Source: Eledone cirrhosa
Lineage: Eukaryota
DNA length: 64,000 nt
NCBI GenBank assembly: GCA_964016885.1
Contig: OZ024745.1
Span: 12,958,001 to 13,022,000 of the forward strand
Reading direction: 5' to 3'
Shown here: one piece after another, positions 39,507-54,600 of the stretch
How the letters are laid out: every line of letters begins with the position of its first letter
Position numbering within the stretch: position 1 is the first letter of the stretch
The notes under the pieces: model-generated
Told to the model about the DNA's origin: nothing
Databases searched by the model: none
What the model saw: only the letters and a program-made list of their open reading frames with translations
Position numbers and translations under genes: made by a program

Positions 39507-39868
39507 AACTTGCTTTCTTAGTCACATTAGATCCAACAAGAACTGCATGTATTATGATATATATTAACATGGAATCACACTAGATATATCTAGATTAAGA
39601 GAATTAAAAGCATATCTATCATCATCATCTTCATCGTTTTTACATCTGCTTCTCCATGCTAGCATGGGTTGGACGGGTCCTTCTCAGCATGGCATCTCTC
39701 CACTTGTTTGTGACACAAGTGACTGTGTCTTACTTATAGAGAACAGTTTCTGGCTTGGTTTTTACAGCTGGATGTCCTTACTAACAACAACCACATTTAC
39801 AGTGTGGGCTGAGTGCTTTTGGTTGGGACACCTACTCGACAACTTTACAGTGTTTTACATTAAAAAAA

Positions 39869-39960
<92 letters not shown>

Positions 39961-42900
39961 GGAAGCAGAAAATTGCTTTTTGTGATCCAGTTCGGGGTTA
40001 AGAAACCCAGTTTCATGGATGGTTTCAACGTACGGTTAGAGGTAACTCCACAAGTTTGTAAGAATTCTGTTCAATCTTGGAGTATAAAGTATAAAAGAGA
40101 AAACACAGGTAAGCATTAAGAGAAAGGTGTGGACTGGGTGGACTGGGTGCTTTTCATCATGGCAGCAACACTACCACCTTACTGGGTGGACTGGGTGCTT
40201 TTCATCATGGCAGCAACACTACCACCTTACTGGGTGGAGTTGGTGCTTTTCATCATAGCACCATTTCTACCACCTTACCGGGTGGACTGGGTACTTTTCA
40301 TCATGGCACCATAGATGAAACAGGATTCCCAGAATGATGATGTAATTCTAAAGAAGGGGTATGTTTGGTAAAGGTGATGGAAGATGAGACAAGAATCATA
40401 AAAGCAGAAGAGGTGAGTATATTGTGTAAGTTTAGATGGAATTTCAGGTGTAAACGCATTAAGTTTTGTAGCGTAAAGGATGTTGAGATGGTGTATTATT
40501 TCTTGGTTATTTATTCAAGGCTTGAAATATTTGAAGAACTACCTGACGTTGATAATGTTTTTGTACCTGTCGGTGGAGGTGGCCTTATTGCTGGCATCGC
40601 TGCATATCTAAAGCAAGTAAACCCAGATATAAAAGTAAGGATATATCTTCTTCTTCTTTGCTCACTTGTTCTTGGGAGGGTTATAGGGGCAAAATCTTAA
40701 ATCAATCCTTCCAGTGGTTCCAGGCACATGTGGACAGATTTTACAAGCAAAACAAACCAGCAGGAGACCCAGAGGTAGACCCCGTTCAAGGTGGTTGGAT
40801 AATATCAATAAGCTCAGCTGGTCTCACATGGGGATCCAGTCAGATCTATTGGAGGTGGTTGAAATATAAATCTACTTGTAAAATGAAAAATTAATTTTCT
40901 CTACTCACCACAGGTTCTCATACCTCTAACACTAAAAAGGTCCCCCCACCCCTAGATTAGAAGCTTCCTCTTTAACCCATTTTTACAATCCAAGTCAGCA
41001 TATTGGCAGAATATTAGAGTAGGAGCAATATTTCTACTTAAAACTATAAGTGACCAAACAAGATACAAGATATCAAATACATTTGTTATCATGCTTGCTA
41101 TTTACTATCTTCTATTTTGAAATGTAGGTGATTGGTTGTCAGCCACGGTCTTCTAAAGTGACGTATGAGAGTATCAAGGCTGGAACTATAATATTTGAAG
41201 AAAGTCAGGAAACACTCTCAGATGCCACCTCTGGTGGAATTGAAGAAAACTCAGTATGTACAGTTTATACTCCATTTTTACTATTATAACTCTACTACTG
41301 TGCTGCTAATGTTTGATTTGAACACTTTTTAGTGATGTAGCAGTTATATGGAGCTGCTAATATATAGAGTTACCATCATCATCATCACAATTTGACGTTC
41401 ATTTTCCACGCTAGATGGGTTAGACAAGTTATCTTATTTGAGGCAAGTTGAGGTCAGATTACCATTTCTTGCTCAAACAGAACCGATTTTTGCTTGGTTT
41501 CTATGGTTGGATGCCCTTCCTAATGCCAACCACCTTTACAGTGAGTACCGGGTGCTTTTTGTTGTGGCACCTACATGACCACATGTATAAAGAGTAATAT
41601 AGAGAGAGAGCTGCTAATATATATAGAGTAATATAGAGAGCTGCTAATATATATATAGAGTAATATATAGAGAGCTGCTAATATATATAGAGAGCTGCTA
41701 ATATATATAGAGGTATATATACAGAGGTATATATAGAGAGCTGCTAATATATATAGAGGTATATATAGAGAGAGCTGCTAATATATATAGAGTAATATAG
41801 AGAGGAATATATAGAGTTATGTATGGAGAGTTATATACAGAGCTGCTTAGCAGAAAGTTTAAAAAAACAAAAACGAAATGCATGTTTGTTGATTCAAATG
41901 TTTATAGTGTGTTTACATTTTGAAAACGTGCAGTGTCAGAGTAAAGACTTTAATGTTTAATGTGGTTCAGACATCGTGTTATTTCCTACTTTACAAGAAT
42001 AGTTTACCAATTGTATTCTACATGTATACTGAAATCAATATTATCGCTAAAATTAATGTTTAATAGTCAAATAACTTTTCGTTCAAAATTCAAGGGAGAT
42101 AACTTTGATCAAGGGAGGCAATTCTTTAAAATATCAATTATCAATATTCACTCTTCTTGAATTGACCATATTTCTTAAGGAGAACTGGCTTGAGTAGTAG
42201 ATTTCTTCAAATCAAGGATATTACTAATTCACCAACATGAAGGGCTGATGGGTAGATAGCCTTTCACGGTTATACCAGAATTACTAGTACAAAGTATTCA
42301 TGGTGACTCAGTATTATAATAATTCCTTCTAACTTTAGCATAAGGACAGCAATTTGGGAAAATGGGAAAGATGATTATACTGACCGCAGTACATAACTGG
42401 TACTTTATTTTATTGACCCCGGAAGAATGAAAGGCATAGTTGACTGTGGCAGGATTTGAACTGAGATACTAAAGAGCCAGAACCAACATTGATATGCTTC
42501 TGTCCAAGCCTCTCACAACTCCATCGCATTACTCCTTGATTTCTAACTTAAGCGGAAATCCGTAAATATGAGGTCTGTCGATAAAGTATCCAACTTTACT
42601 GTGGGAAGTAATGACGTTAGGGATAGAAAATAGTGCAGACTGAAGTCACATACATTCATGTGCCTGTGTAGTTTGGGGCAAGTTCTCTGGATGTGGCAGT
42701 CACTGTCAGACAGCCAGTGTGTGGAGTACTGTTCTATGTATATACACGTTACATTTTCATTTCACCTTATACTGCCCAAAAGGATTCTGAGATCCTGGAT
42801 ACCATGGCAACTAGAGTTGAGGTGTATGGTAGGAGCCATAAACTGAAGCTCAAGTATTACAGTGGAAACATCCAACACTGCAAAGTTCAGGTGGAAACAT

Positions 42901-45900
42901 CCATTGCCAAGGCCAGGAAGAAACATACAACACTGCCAAGGTCAGGTGGAAACATCCAACATTGCCAAGGTCAGGTGGAAACATCCATTGCCAAGTTCAG
43001 GTGGAAACATCCATTGCCAAGGCCAGGAAGAAACATACAACACTGCCAAGGTCAGGTGGAAACATCCAACATTACCAAGGTCAGGTGGAAACATCCAACA
43101 TTGTCAAGGTTAGGTGGAAATATCCAACATTGCCAAGGTCAGGTGGAAACATCCATTGCCAAGTTCAAATGGAAACATCCAACATTGCCAAGGTCAGGTG
43201 GAAACATCCAACATTGCCAAGGTCAGGTGGAAATATCCAACATTGCCAAGGTCAGGTGGAAACATCCAACATTGCCAAGGTCAGGTGGAAACATCCAACA
43301 TTGCCAAGGTCAGGTGGAAACATCCAACATTGCCAAGACCAGGTGGAAATATCCAACATTGCCAAGGTCAGGTGGAAACATCCATTGCCAAGGTCAGGTG
43401 GAAATATCCAACACTGCCAAGGCCAGGCACAGCAAGTACAGAGCAAAATCAACATGATGCTGTCTTCTTCAATTACTGAGACTTTGTACATCCTGAATAT
43501 TCACCATAAAAACAATTAGAAAGGATTAGTGACGCCAGATGTGTGAACCTGGCAACTACACCTTGACATCAACCCATACATCGCAACTGATCCAAAGAAA
43601 GACATTTTAATCACTTACCAGACACCCTACTCTCCAGACATGGCTTCAACTGACTTACTTGAGGACTAACAAGATATAATAATTGTTTCTACTTTAGGCA
43701 CAAGGCCAGCAATTACCCAGTACATTACTGGTACTTTATTTTATCGACCTCGTAAGGATGAAAGGCAAAAAAACAATTAATGAAAGTAAAATAGCTGTGA
43801 AATGCCTCCATACACTTAGCCCAATAATCCTTTATCAAGTTACGCCCCTTGTGCCTCCATACATTTAGCCGAGTGATCCTTCATCTAGTTACGCCCCTTG
43901 TACCTCCATACACTTAGCCCAATAAGCCTTCTTCAAGTTACGCCCCTTGTGCCTCCATACACATAGCCCAGTGATCCTTCAGGAAGTTACGCCCCTTGTG
44001 CCGCCATACACTTAGCCCAGTGATCCTTCTTCAAGTTACGCCCATTGTGCCTCCATACACTTAGCCCAGTGATCCGTCTTCAAATTACGCCCCTTTTGCC
44101 TCCATACACTTATCCCAGTGATCCTTCATCAAGTTACGCCCCTTGTGCATCCATACACTTAGCCCAGTGATCCTTCTTCAAGTTACGCCCCTTGTGCCTC
44201 CATACACTTAGCCCAGTGACCCTTTATCAAGTTACGCCCCTTGTGCCTCCATACACTTAGCCCAGTGATCCTTCTTCAAGTTACGCCCCTTGTGCATCCA
44301 TACACTTAGCCCAGTGATCCTTCTTTAAGTTACGCCCCTTCTGCCTCCATACACTTAGCCCAGTGATCCTTCTTCAAGTTACGCCCCTTATGCCTCCATA
44401 CACTTAGCCCAGTGATCATTCATCAAGTTACGCCCCTTGTGCCTCCATACACTTAGCCCAATAATCCTTCTTCAAGTTACGAACCTTGTGCCTCAATACA
44501 CTTAGCCCAGTGATCCTTCATCAAGTTACGCCCAGTGTGCCTCCATGCACTTAGCCCAGTGATCCTTCTTCAAGTTACGCCCCTTCTGCCTCCATACACT
44601 TAGCCCAGTGATCCTTCATCAAGTTACGCCCAGTGTGCCTCCATGCACTTAGCCCAGTGATGCTTCTTCAAGTTACGCCCCTTGTGCCTCCATACACTTA
44701 GCCCAGTGATCCTTCTTCAAGTTACGCCCCTTGTGCCTCCATACACTTAGCCCAGTGATCCTTCTTCAAGTTACGCCCCTTATGCCTCCATACACTTAGC
44801 CCAGTGATCATTCATCAAGTTACGCCCCTTGTGCCTCCATACACTTAGCCCAATAATCCTTCTTCAAGTTACGAACCTTGTGCCTCAATACACTTAGCCC
44901 AGTGATCCTTCATCAAGTTACGCCCAGTGTGCCTCCATGCACTTAGCCCAGTGATCCTTCTTCAAGTTACGCCCCTTCTGCCTCCATACACTTAGCACAG
45001 TGATCCTTCATCAAGTTACGCCCAGTGTGCCTCCATGCACTTAGCCCAGTGATCCTTCTTCAAGTTACGCCCCTTGTGCCTCCATACACTTAGCCCAGTG
45101 ATCCTTCTTCAAGTTACGCCCCTTGTGCCTCCATACACTTAGCCCAGTGATCCTTCTTCAAGTTACGCCCCTTGTGCCTCCACACACTTAGCCCAGTGAT
45201 CCTTCTTCAAGTTACGCCCCTTGTGCCTCCATACACTTAGCCCAGTGATCCTTCTTCAAGTTACGCCCCTTCTGCCTCCATACACTTAGCCCAGTGATTC
45301 TTCTTCAAGTTACGCCCCTTGTGCCTCCATACACTTAGCCCAGTGATCCTTCTTCAAGTTACGCCCCTTGTGCCTCCATACACTTCGCCTAGTGATCCTT
45401 CATCAAGTTACGCCCCTTGTGCCTCCATACACTAAGCCCAATAATCCTTCTTCAAGTTACGCCCCTTGTGCCTCCATACAATTAGCCCAGTGATCCTTCT
45501 TCAAGTTACGCCCCTTGTGCCTCCATACACTTAGCCCAATAATCCTTCTTCAAGTTACGCCCCTTGTGCCTCCATACACTTAGCCCAATGATCCTTCATC
45601 AAGTTACGCCCCTTGTGCCTCCATACACTTAGCCCAATAATCCTTCTTCAAGTTACGCCCCTTGTGCCTCCATACACTTAGCCCAGTGATCCTTTATCAA
45701 GTTACGCCCCTTGTGCCTCCATCCATTTAGCACAGTGATCCTTCATAAAGTTACGCCCATTGTGCCTCCATACACTTAGCCCAGTGATCCTTCTTCAAGT
45801 TACGCCCCTTGTGCCTCCATACACTTAGCCCAGTGATCCTTCTTCAAGTTACGCGCCTTGTGCCTCCATACACTTAGCCCAATAATCCTTCTTCAAGTTA

Positions 45901-48229
45901 GGCTCGTTGTGCCTTCATACACTTAGCCCAATAATCCTTTTTCAAGTTACGCCCCTTGTGCCTCCATACATTTAGCCCAGTGATCCTGCTTCAAGTTACG
46001 CCCCTTGTGCCTCCATAGACTTAGCCCAGTGATCCTTCTTCAAGTTACGCCCCTTGTGCCTCCATACACTTAGCCCAGTGATCCTTCTTCAAGTTACGCC
46101 CCTTGTGCTTTCATACACTTAGCCCAATAATCCTTCTTCAAGTTAGGCTCGTTGTGCCTTCATACACTTAGCCCAATAATCCTTTTTCAAGTTACGCCCC
46201 TTGTGCCTCCATACATTTAGCCCAGTGATCCTGCTTCAAGTTACGCCCCTTGTGCCTCCATACATTTAGCCTAGTCATCCTGCTTCAAGTTACGCCCCTT
46301 GTGCCTCCATACACTTAGCCCAGTGATCCTTCATCAAGTTACGCCCCTTGTGCCTCCATACACTTATCCCAGTGATCCTTCATCAAGTTACGCCCCTTGT
46401 GCCTCCATACACTGAGGCACAAAAGTCGTAACTTGAAGAAGGATCACTGGGCTAGGTGTATGGAGGCACAAGTGGCGTAACTTGAAGAAGGATCACTGGG
46501 CTAAGTGTATGGAGGCACAAGGGGCGTAACATGATGAAGGATCACTGGGCTAAGTGTATGGAGGCACAAGGGGCGTAACATGAAGAAAGATCACTGGGCC
46601 AAGTGTATGGAGGCACATGGTGCGTAACTTGATGAAGGATCACTGGGCTAAGTGTATGGAGGCACAAGGGGCGTAACTTGATGAAGGATCACTGGGCTAA
46701 GTGTATGGGGGCACAAGGGGCGTAACTTGAAGAAGGATCACTGGGATAAGTGTATGGAGGCACAAGGGGCGTAACTTGATGAAGGATCACTCGGCTAAGT
46801 GTATGGAAGCACAAGGGGCGTAACTTGAAGAAGGATCACTGGGCTAAGTGTATGGAGGCACAAGGTGCGTAACTTGAAGAAGAATTATTGGGCTAAGTGT
46901 ATGGAGGCAAAAGGGGCGTAACTTGATAAAGGATCACTGGGCTAAGTGTATGGAGGCACAAGGTTCGTAACTTGAAGAAGAATTATTGGGCTAAGTGTAT
47001 GGAGGCACAAAGGGCGTAACTTGAAGAAGGATTATTGGGCTAAGTGTATGGAAGCACAAGGGGCGTAACTTGATGAAGGATCACTGGGATAAGTGTATGG
47101 AGGCACAAGGGGCGTAACTTGAAGAAGGATCACTGGGCTAATTGTATGGAGGCACAAGGGGCGTAACTTGATAAAGGGTTATTGTACTAAGTGTATGGAG
47201 GCACAAGGGGCGTAACTTGATGAAGGATCACTGGGCTAAGTGTATGGAGGCACAAGGGGCGTAACTTGAAGAAGGATCACTGGGCTAAGTGTATGGACCC
47301 ACAAGGGGCATAACTTGAAGGAGGATCACTCGGCTAAGTGTATGAGGCACAAGGGGCGTAACTTGAAGAAGGATCACTGGGCTAAGTGTATGGAGGCACA
47401 AGGGCCGTAACTTGATTAAGGGTAATTGGGCTAAGTGTATGGAGGCACAAAGGGCGTAACTTGATAAAGGGTTATTGGGCTAAGTGTATGGAGGCACAAG
47501 GAGCTTAACTTGAAAAGGATCACTGGGCTAAGTGTATGGAGGCACAAGGGGCGTAACTTGAAGAAGGATCACTGGGCTATGTGCATGGAGGCACAAGGGG
47601 CGTAACTTGAAGAAGGATCACTGGGCTAAGTGTATGGAGGCACACTGGGCGTAACTTGATGAAGGATCACTGGGCTAAGTGTATGGACCCACAAGGGGCT
47701 TAACTTGAAGAAGGATCACTGGGCTAAGTGTATGGAGGCACAAGGGCCGTAACTTGAAGAAGGATCACTGGGCTAAGTGTATGGAGCACAAGGGGCGTAA
47801 CTTGAAGAAGGATCACTGGGCTAAGTGTATGGAGGCACAAGGGGCGTAACTTGAAGAAGGATTATTGGGCTAAGTGTATGGAGGTACAAGGGGCGTAACT
47901 TGAAGAAGGATCACTGGGCTAAATGTATGGAGGCACAAGGGGCGTAACTTGAAGAAGGATCACTGGGCTAAGTGTATGGAGGCACAAGGGGCGTAACTTG
48001 ATAAAGGATTATTGTGCTGAGTGTATAGAGGCACAAGGGGCGTAACTTGATTAAGGATTATTGGTCTGAGTGTATGGAGGTACGAGGGGCGTAACTTGAA
48101 GAAGGATTATTGGGCTGAGTGTATGGAGGCACAAGGGGCGTAACTTGATAAATGATCACTGGGCTAAGTGTATGGAGTCACAAGGGGCGTAACTTGATAA
48201 AGGATCACTGGGCTAAGTGTATGGAGGCA
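39504..48229 (+). repeat. Tandem segmental unit 2 (8726 bp)
   Basis: Near-identical to unit 1. Confidence 0.95.
40520..41253 (+). pseudogene. Duplicated exons C (40520-40634) and D (41128-41253)
   Basis: Same exons and splice sites as unit 1, no upstream exons in the unit. Confidence 0.8.
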
Positions 48230-48232
48230 CAA
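43803..48232. repeat. Foldback 49-bp array, unit 2 (inversion point 46413/46414)
   Basis: Same unit and junction; arms 2611 and 1819 bp. Confidence 0.97.
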
Positions 48233-48595
48233 AACTTGCTTTCTTAGTCACATTAGATCCAACAAGAACTGCATGTATTATGATATATATTAACATGGAA
48301 TCACACTAGATATATCTAGATTGAGAGAATTAAAAGCATATCTATCATCATCATCTTCATCGTTTTTACATCTGCTTCTCCATGCTAGCATGGGTTGGAC
48401 GGGTCCTTCTCAGCATGGCATCTCTCCACTTGTTTGTGACACAAGTGACTGTGTCTTACTTATAGAGAACAGTTTCTGGCTTGGTTTTTACAGCTGGATG
48501 TCCTTACTAACAACAACCACATTTACAGTGTGGGCTGAGTGCTTTTGGTTGGGACACCTACTCGACAACTTTACAGTGTTTTACATTAACAAAAA

Positions 48596-48675
<80 letters not shown>

Positions 48676-51600
48676 GGAAGCAGAAAATTGCTTTTTGTGA
48701 TCCAGTTCGGGGTTAAGAAACCCAGTTTCATGGATGGTTTCAACGTACGGTTAGAGGTAACTCCACAAGTTTGTAAGAATTCTGTTCAATCTTGGAGTAT
48801 AAAGTATAAAAGAGAAAACACAGGTAAGCATTAAGAGAAAGGTGTGGACTGGGTGGACTGGGTGCTTTTCATCATGGCAGCAACACTACCACCTTACTGG
48901 GTGGACTGGGTGCTTTTCATCATGGCAGCAACACTACCACCTTACTGGGTGGACTGGGTGCTTTTCATCATGGCAGCAACACTACCACCTTACTGGGTGG
49001 AGTTGGTGCTTTTCATCATAGCACCATTTCTACCACCTTACCGGGTGGACTGGGTACTTTTCATCATGGCACCATAGATGAAACAGGATTCCCAGAATGA
49101 TGATGTAATTCTAAAGAAGGGGTATGTTTGGTAAAGGTGATGGAAGATGAGACAAGAATCATAAAAGCAGAAGAGGTGAGTATATTGTGTAAGTTTAGAT
49201 GGAATTTCAGGTGTAAACGCATTAAGTTTTGTAGCGTAAAGGATGTTGAGATGGTGTATTATTTCTTGGTTATTTATTCAAGGCTTGAAATATTTGAAGA
49301 ACTACCTGACGTTGATAATGTTTTTGTACCTGTCGGTGGAGGTGGCCTTATTGCTGGCATCGCTGCATATCTAAAGCAAGTAAACCCAGATATAAAAGTA
49401 AGGATATATCTTCTTCTTCTTTGCTCACTTGTTCTTGGGAGGGTTATAGGGGCAAAATCTTAAATCAATCCTTCCAGTGGTTCCAGGCACATGTGGACAG
49501 ATTTTACAAGCAAAACAAACCAGCAGGAGACCCAGAGGTAGACCCCGTTCAAGGTGGTTGGATAATATCAATAAGCTCAGCTGGTCTCACATGGGGATCC
49601 AGTCAGATCTATTGGAGGTGGTTGAAATATAAATCTACTTGTAAAATGAAAAATTAATTTTCTCTACTCACCACAGGTTCTCATACCTCTAACACTAAAA
49701 AGGTCCCCCCACCCCTAGATTAGAAGCTTCCTCTTTAACCCATTTTTACAATCCAAGTCAGCATATTGGCAGAATATTAGAGTAGGAGCAATATTTCTAC
49801 TTAAAACTATAAGTGACCAAACAAGATACAAGATATCAAATACATTTGTTATCATGCTTGCTATTTACTATCTTCTATTTTGAAATGTAGGTGATTGGTT
49901 GTCAGCCACGGTCTTCTAAAGTGACGTATGAGAGTATCAAGGCTGGAACTATAATATTTGAAGAAAGTCAGGAAACACTCTCAGATGCCACCTCTGGTGG
50001 AATTGAAGAAAACTCAGTATGTACAGTTTATACTCCATTTTTACTATTATAACTCTACTACTGTGCTGCTAATGTTTGATTTGAACACTTTTTAGTGATG
50101 TAGCAGTTATATGGAGCTGCTAATATATAGAGTTACCATCATCATCATCACAATTTGACGTTCATTTTCCACGCTAGATGGGTTAGACAAGTTATCTTAT
50201 TTGAGGCAAGTTGAGGTCAGATTACCATTTCTTGCTCAAACAGAACCGATTTTTGCTTGGTTTCTATGGTTGGATGCCCTTCCTAATGCCAACCACCTTT
50301 ACAGTGAGTACCGGGTGCTTTTTGTTGTGGCACCTACATGACCACATGTATAAAGAGTAATATAGAGAGAGAGCTGCTAATATATATAGAGTAATATAGA
50401 GAGCTGCTAATATATATATAGAGTAATATATAGAGAGCTGCTAATATATATAGAGAGCTGCTAATATATATAGAGGTATATATACAGAGGTATATATAGA
50501 GAGCTGCTAATATATATAGAGGTATATATAGAGAGAGCTGCTAATATATATAGAGTAATATAGAGAGGAATATATAGAGTTATGTATGGAGAGTTATATA
50601 CAGAGCTGCTTAGCAGAAAGTTTAAAAAAACAAAAACGAAATGCATGTTTGTTGATTCAAATGTTTATAGTGTGTTTACATTTTGAAAACGTGCAGTGTC
50701 AGAGTAAAGACTTCAATGTTTAATGTGGTTCAGACATCGTGTTATTTCCTACTTTACAAGAATAGTTTACCAATTGTATTCTACATGTATACTGAAATCA
50801 ATATTATCGCTAAAATTAATGTTTAATAGTCAAATAACTTTTCGTTCAAAATTCAAGGGAGATAACTTTGATCAAGGGAGGCAATTCTTTAAAATATCAA
50901 TTATCAATATTCACTCTTCTTGAATTGACCATATTTCTTAAGGAGAACTGGCTTGAGTAGTAGATTTCTTCAAATCAAGGATATTACTAATTCACCAACA
51001 TGAAGGGCTGATGGGTAGATAGCCTTTCACGGTTATACCAGAATTACTAGTACAAAGTATTCATGGTGACTCAGTATTATAATAATTCCTTCTAACTTTA
51101 GCATAAGGACAGCAATTTGGGAAAATGGGAAAGATGATTATACTGACCGCAGTACATAACTGGTACTTTATTTTATTGACCCCGGAAGAATGAAAGGCAT
51201 AGTTGACTGTGGCAGGATTTGAACTGAGATACTAAAGAGCCAGAACCAACATTGATATGCTTCTGTCCAAGCCTCTCACAACTCCATCGCATTACTCCTT
51301 GATTTCTAACTTAAGCGGAAATCCGTAAATATGAGGTCTGTCGATAAAGTATCCAACTTTACTGTGGGAAGTAATAACGTTAGGGATAGAAAATAGTGCA
51401 GACTGAAGTCACATACATTCATGTGCCTGTGTAGTTTGGGGCAAGTTCTCTGGATGTGGCAGTCACTGTCAGACAGCCAGTGTGTGGAGTACTGTTCTAT
51501 GTATATACACGTTACATTTTCATTTCACCTTATACTGCCCAAAAGGATTCTGAGATCCTGGATACCATGGCAACTAGAGTTGAGGTGTATGGTAGGAGCC

Positions 51601-54600
51601 ATAAACTGAAGCTCAAGTATTACAGTGGAAACATCCAACATTGCAAAGTTCAGGTGGAAACATCCATTGCCAAGGCCAGGAAGAAACATACAACACTGCC
51701 AAGGTCAGGTGGAAACATCCAACATTGCCAAGGTCAGGTGGAAACATCCATTGCCAAGTTCAGGTGGAAACATCCATTGCCAAGGCCAGGAAGAAACATA
51801 CAACACTGCCAAGGTCAGGTGGAAACATCCAACATTGCCAAGGTCAGGTGGAAACATCCAACATTGTCAAGGTCAGGTGGAAATATCCAACATTGCCAAG
51901 GTCAGGTGGAAACATCCATTGCCAAGTTCAAATGGAAACATCCAACATTGCCAAGGTCAGGTGGAAACATCCAACATTGCCAAGGTCAGGTGGAAATATC
52001 CAACATTGCCAAGGTCAGGTGGAAACATCCAACATTGCCAAGGTCAGGTGGAAACATCCAACATTGCCAAGGTCAGGTGGAAACATCCAACATTGCCAAG
52101 ACCAGGTGGAAATATCCAACATTGCCAAGGTCAGGTGGAAACATCCATTGCCAAGGTCAGGTGGAAATATCCAACACTGCCAAGGCCAGGCACAGCAAGT
52201 ACAGAGCAAAATCAACATGATGCTGTCTTCTTCAATTACTGAGACTTTGTACATCCTGAATATTCACCATAAAAACAATTAGAAAGGATTAGTGACGCCA
52301 GATGTGTGAACCTGGCAACTACACCTTGACATCAACCCATACATCGCAACTGATCCAAAGAAAGACATTTTAATCACTTACCAGACACCCTACTCTCCAG
52401 ACATGGCTTCAACTGACTTACTTGAGGACTAACAAGATATAATAATTGTTTCTACTTTAGGCACAAGGCCAGCAATTACCCAGTACATTACTGGTACTTT
52501 ATTTTATCGACCTCGTAAGGATGAAAGGCAAAAAAACAATTAATGAAAGTAAAATAGCTGTGAAATGCCTCCATACACTTAGCCCAATAATCCTTTATCA
52601 AGTTACGCCCCTTGTGCCTCCATACATTTAGCCGAGTGATCCTTCATCTAGTTACGCCCCTTGTACCTCCACACACTTAGCCCAATAAGCCTTCTTCAAG
52701 TTACGCCCCTTGTGCCTCCATACACGTAGGCCAGTGATCCTTCAGGAAGTTACGCCCCTTGTGCCTCCATACACTTAGCCCAGTGATCCTTCTTCAAGTT
52801 ACGCCCATTGTGCCTCCATACACTTAGCCCAGTGATCCTTCTTCAAATTACGCCCCTTTTGCCTCCATACACTTATCCCAGTGATCCTTCATCAAGTTAC
52901 GCCCCTTGTGCATCCATACACTTAGCCCAGTGATCCTTCTTCAAGTTACGCCCCTTGTGCCTCCATACACTTAGCCCAGTGACCCTTTATCAAGTTACGC
53001 CCCTTGTGCCTCCATACACTTAGCCCAGTGATCCTTCTTCAAGTTACACCCCTTGTGCCTCCATACACTTATCCCAGTGATCCTTGATCAAGTTACGCCC
53101 CTTGTGCTTCCATACACTTAGCCCAGTGATCCTTCTTCAAGTTACGCCCCTTTTCCCTCCATACACTTAGCCCAATAATTCTTCTTCAAGTTACGCACTT
53201 TGTGCCTCCATACACTTAGCCGAGTGATCCTTCTTCAAGTTACGCCCCTTGTGCCTCCATACACTTAGCCCAGTGATCCTTCTTTAAGTTACGCCCCTTC
53301 TGCCTCCATACACTTAGCCCAGTGATCCTTCTTCAAGTTACGCCCCTTGTGCATCCATACACTTAGCCCAGTGATCCTTCTTTAAGTTACGCCCCTTCTG
53401 CCTCCATACACTTAGCCCAGTGATCCTTCTTCAAGTTACGCCCCTTATGCCTCCATACACTTAGCCCAGTGATCATTCATCAAGTTACGCCCCTTGTGCC
53501 TCCATACACTTAACCCAATAATCCTTCTTCAAGTTACGAACCTTGTGCCTCAATACACTTAGCCCAGTGATCCTTCATCAAGTTACGCCCAGTGTGCCTC
53601 CATGCACTTAGCCCAGTGATCCTTCTTCAAGTTACGCCCCTTCTGCCTCCATACACTTAGCCCAGTGATCCTCCATCAAGTTACGCCCAGTGTGCCTCCA
53701 TGCACTTAGCCCAGTGATCCTTCTTCAAGTTACGCCCCTTGTGCCTCCATACACTTAGCCCAGTGATCCTTCTTCAAGTTACGCCCCTTGTGCCTCCATA
53801 CACTTAGCCCAGTGATCCTTCTTCAAGTTACGCCCCTTGTGCCTCCATACACTTAGCCCAGTGATTCTTCTTCAAGTTACGCCCCTTGTGCCTCCATACA
53901 CTTAGCCCAATGATCCTTCATCAAGTTACGCCCCTTGTGCCTCCATACACTTAGCCCAATAATCCTTCTTCAAGTTACGCCCCTTGTGCCTCCATACACT
54001 TAGCCCAGTGATCCTTTATCAAGTTACGCCCCTTGTGCCTCCATCCATTTAGCACAGTGATTCTTCATAAAGTTACGCCCATTGTGCCTCCATACACTTA
54101 GCCCAATAATCCTTTTTCAAGTTACGCCCCTTGTGCCTCCATACATTTAGCCCAGTGATCCTGCTTCAAGTTACGCCCCTTGTGCCTCCATAGACTTAGC
54201 CCAGTGATCCTTCTTCAAGTTACGCCCCTTGTGCCTCCATACACTTAGCCCAGTGATCCTTCTTCAAGTTACGCCCCTTGTGCTTTCATACACTTAGCCC
54301 AATAATCCTTCTTCAAGTTAGGCTCGTTGTGCCTTCATACACTTAGCCCAATAAACCTTTTTCAAGTTACGCCCCTTGTGCCTCCATACATTTAGCCCAG
54401 TGATCCTGCTTCAAGTTACGCCCCTTGTGCCTCCATACATTTAGCCCAGTGATCCTGCTTCAAGTTACGCCCCTTGTGCCTCCATACACTTAGCCCAGTG
54501 ATCCTTCATCAAGTTACGCCCCTTGTGCCTCCATACACTTAGCCCAGTGATCCTTCATCAAGTTACGCCCCTTGTGCCTCCATACACTTATCCCAGTGAT

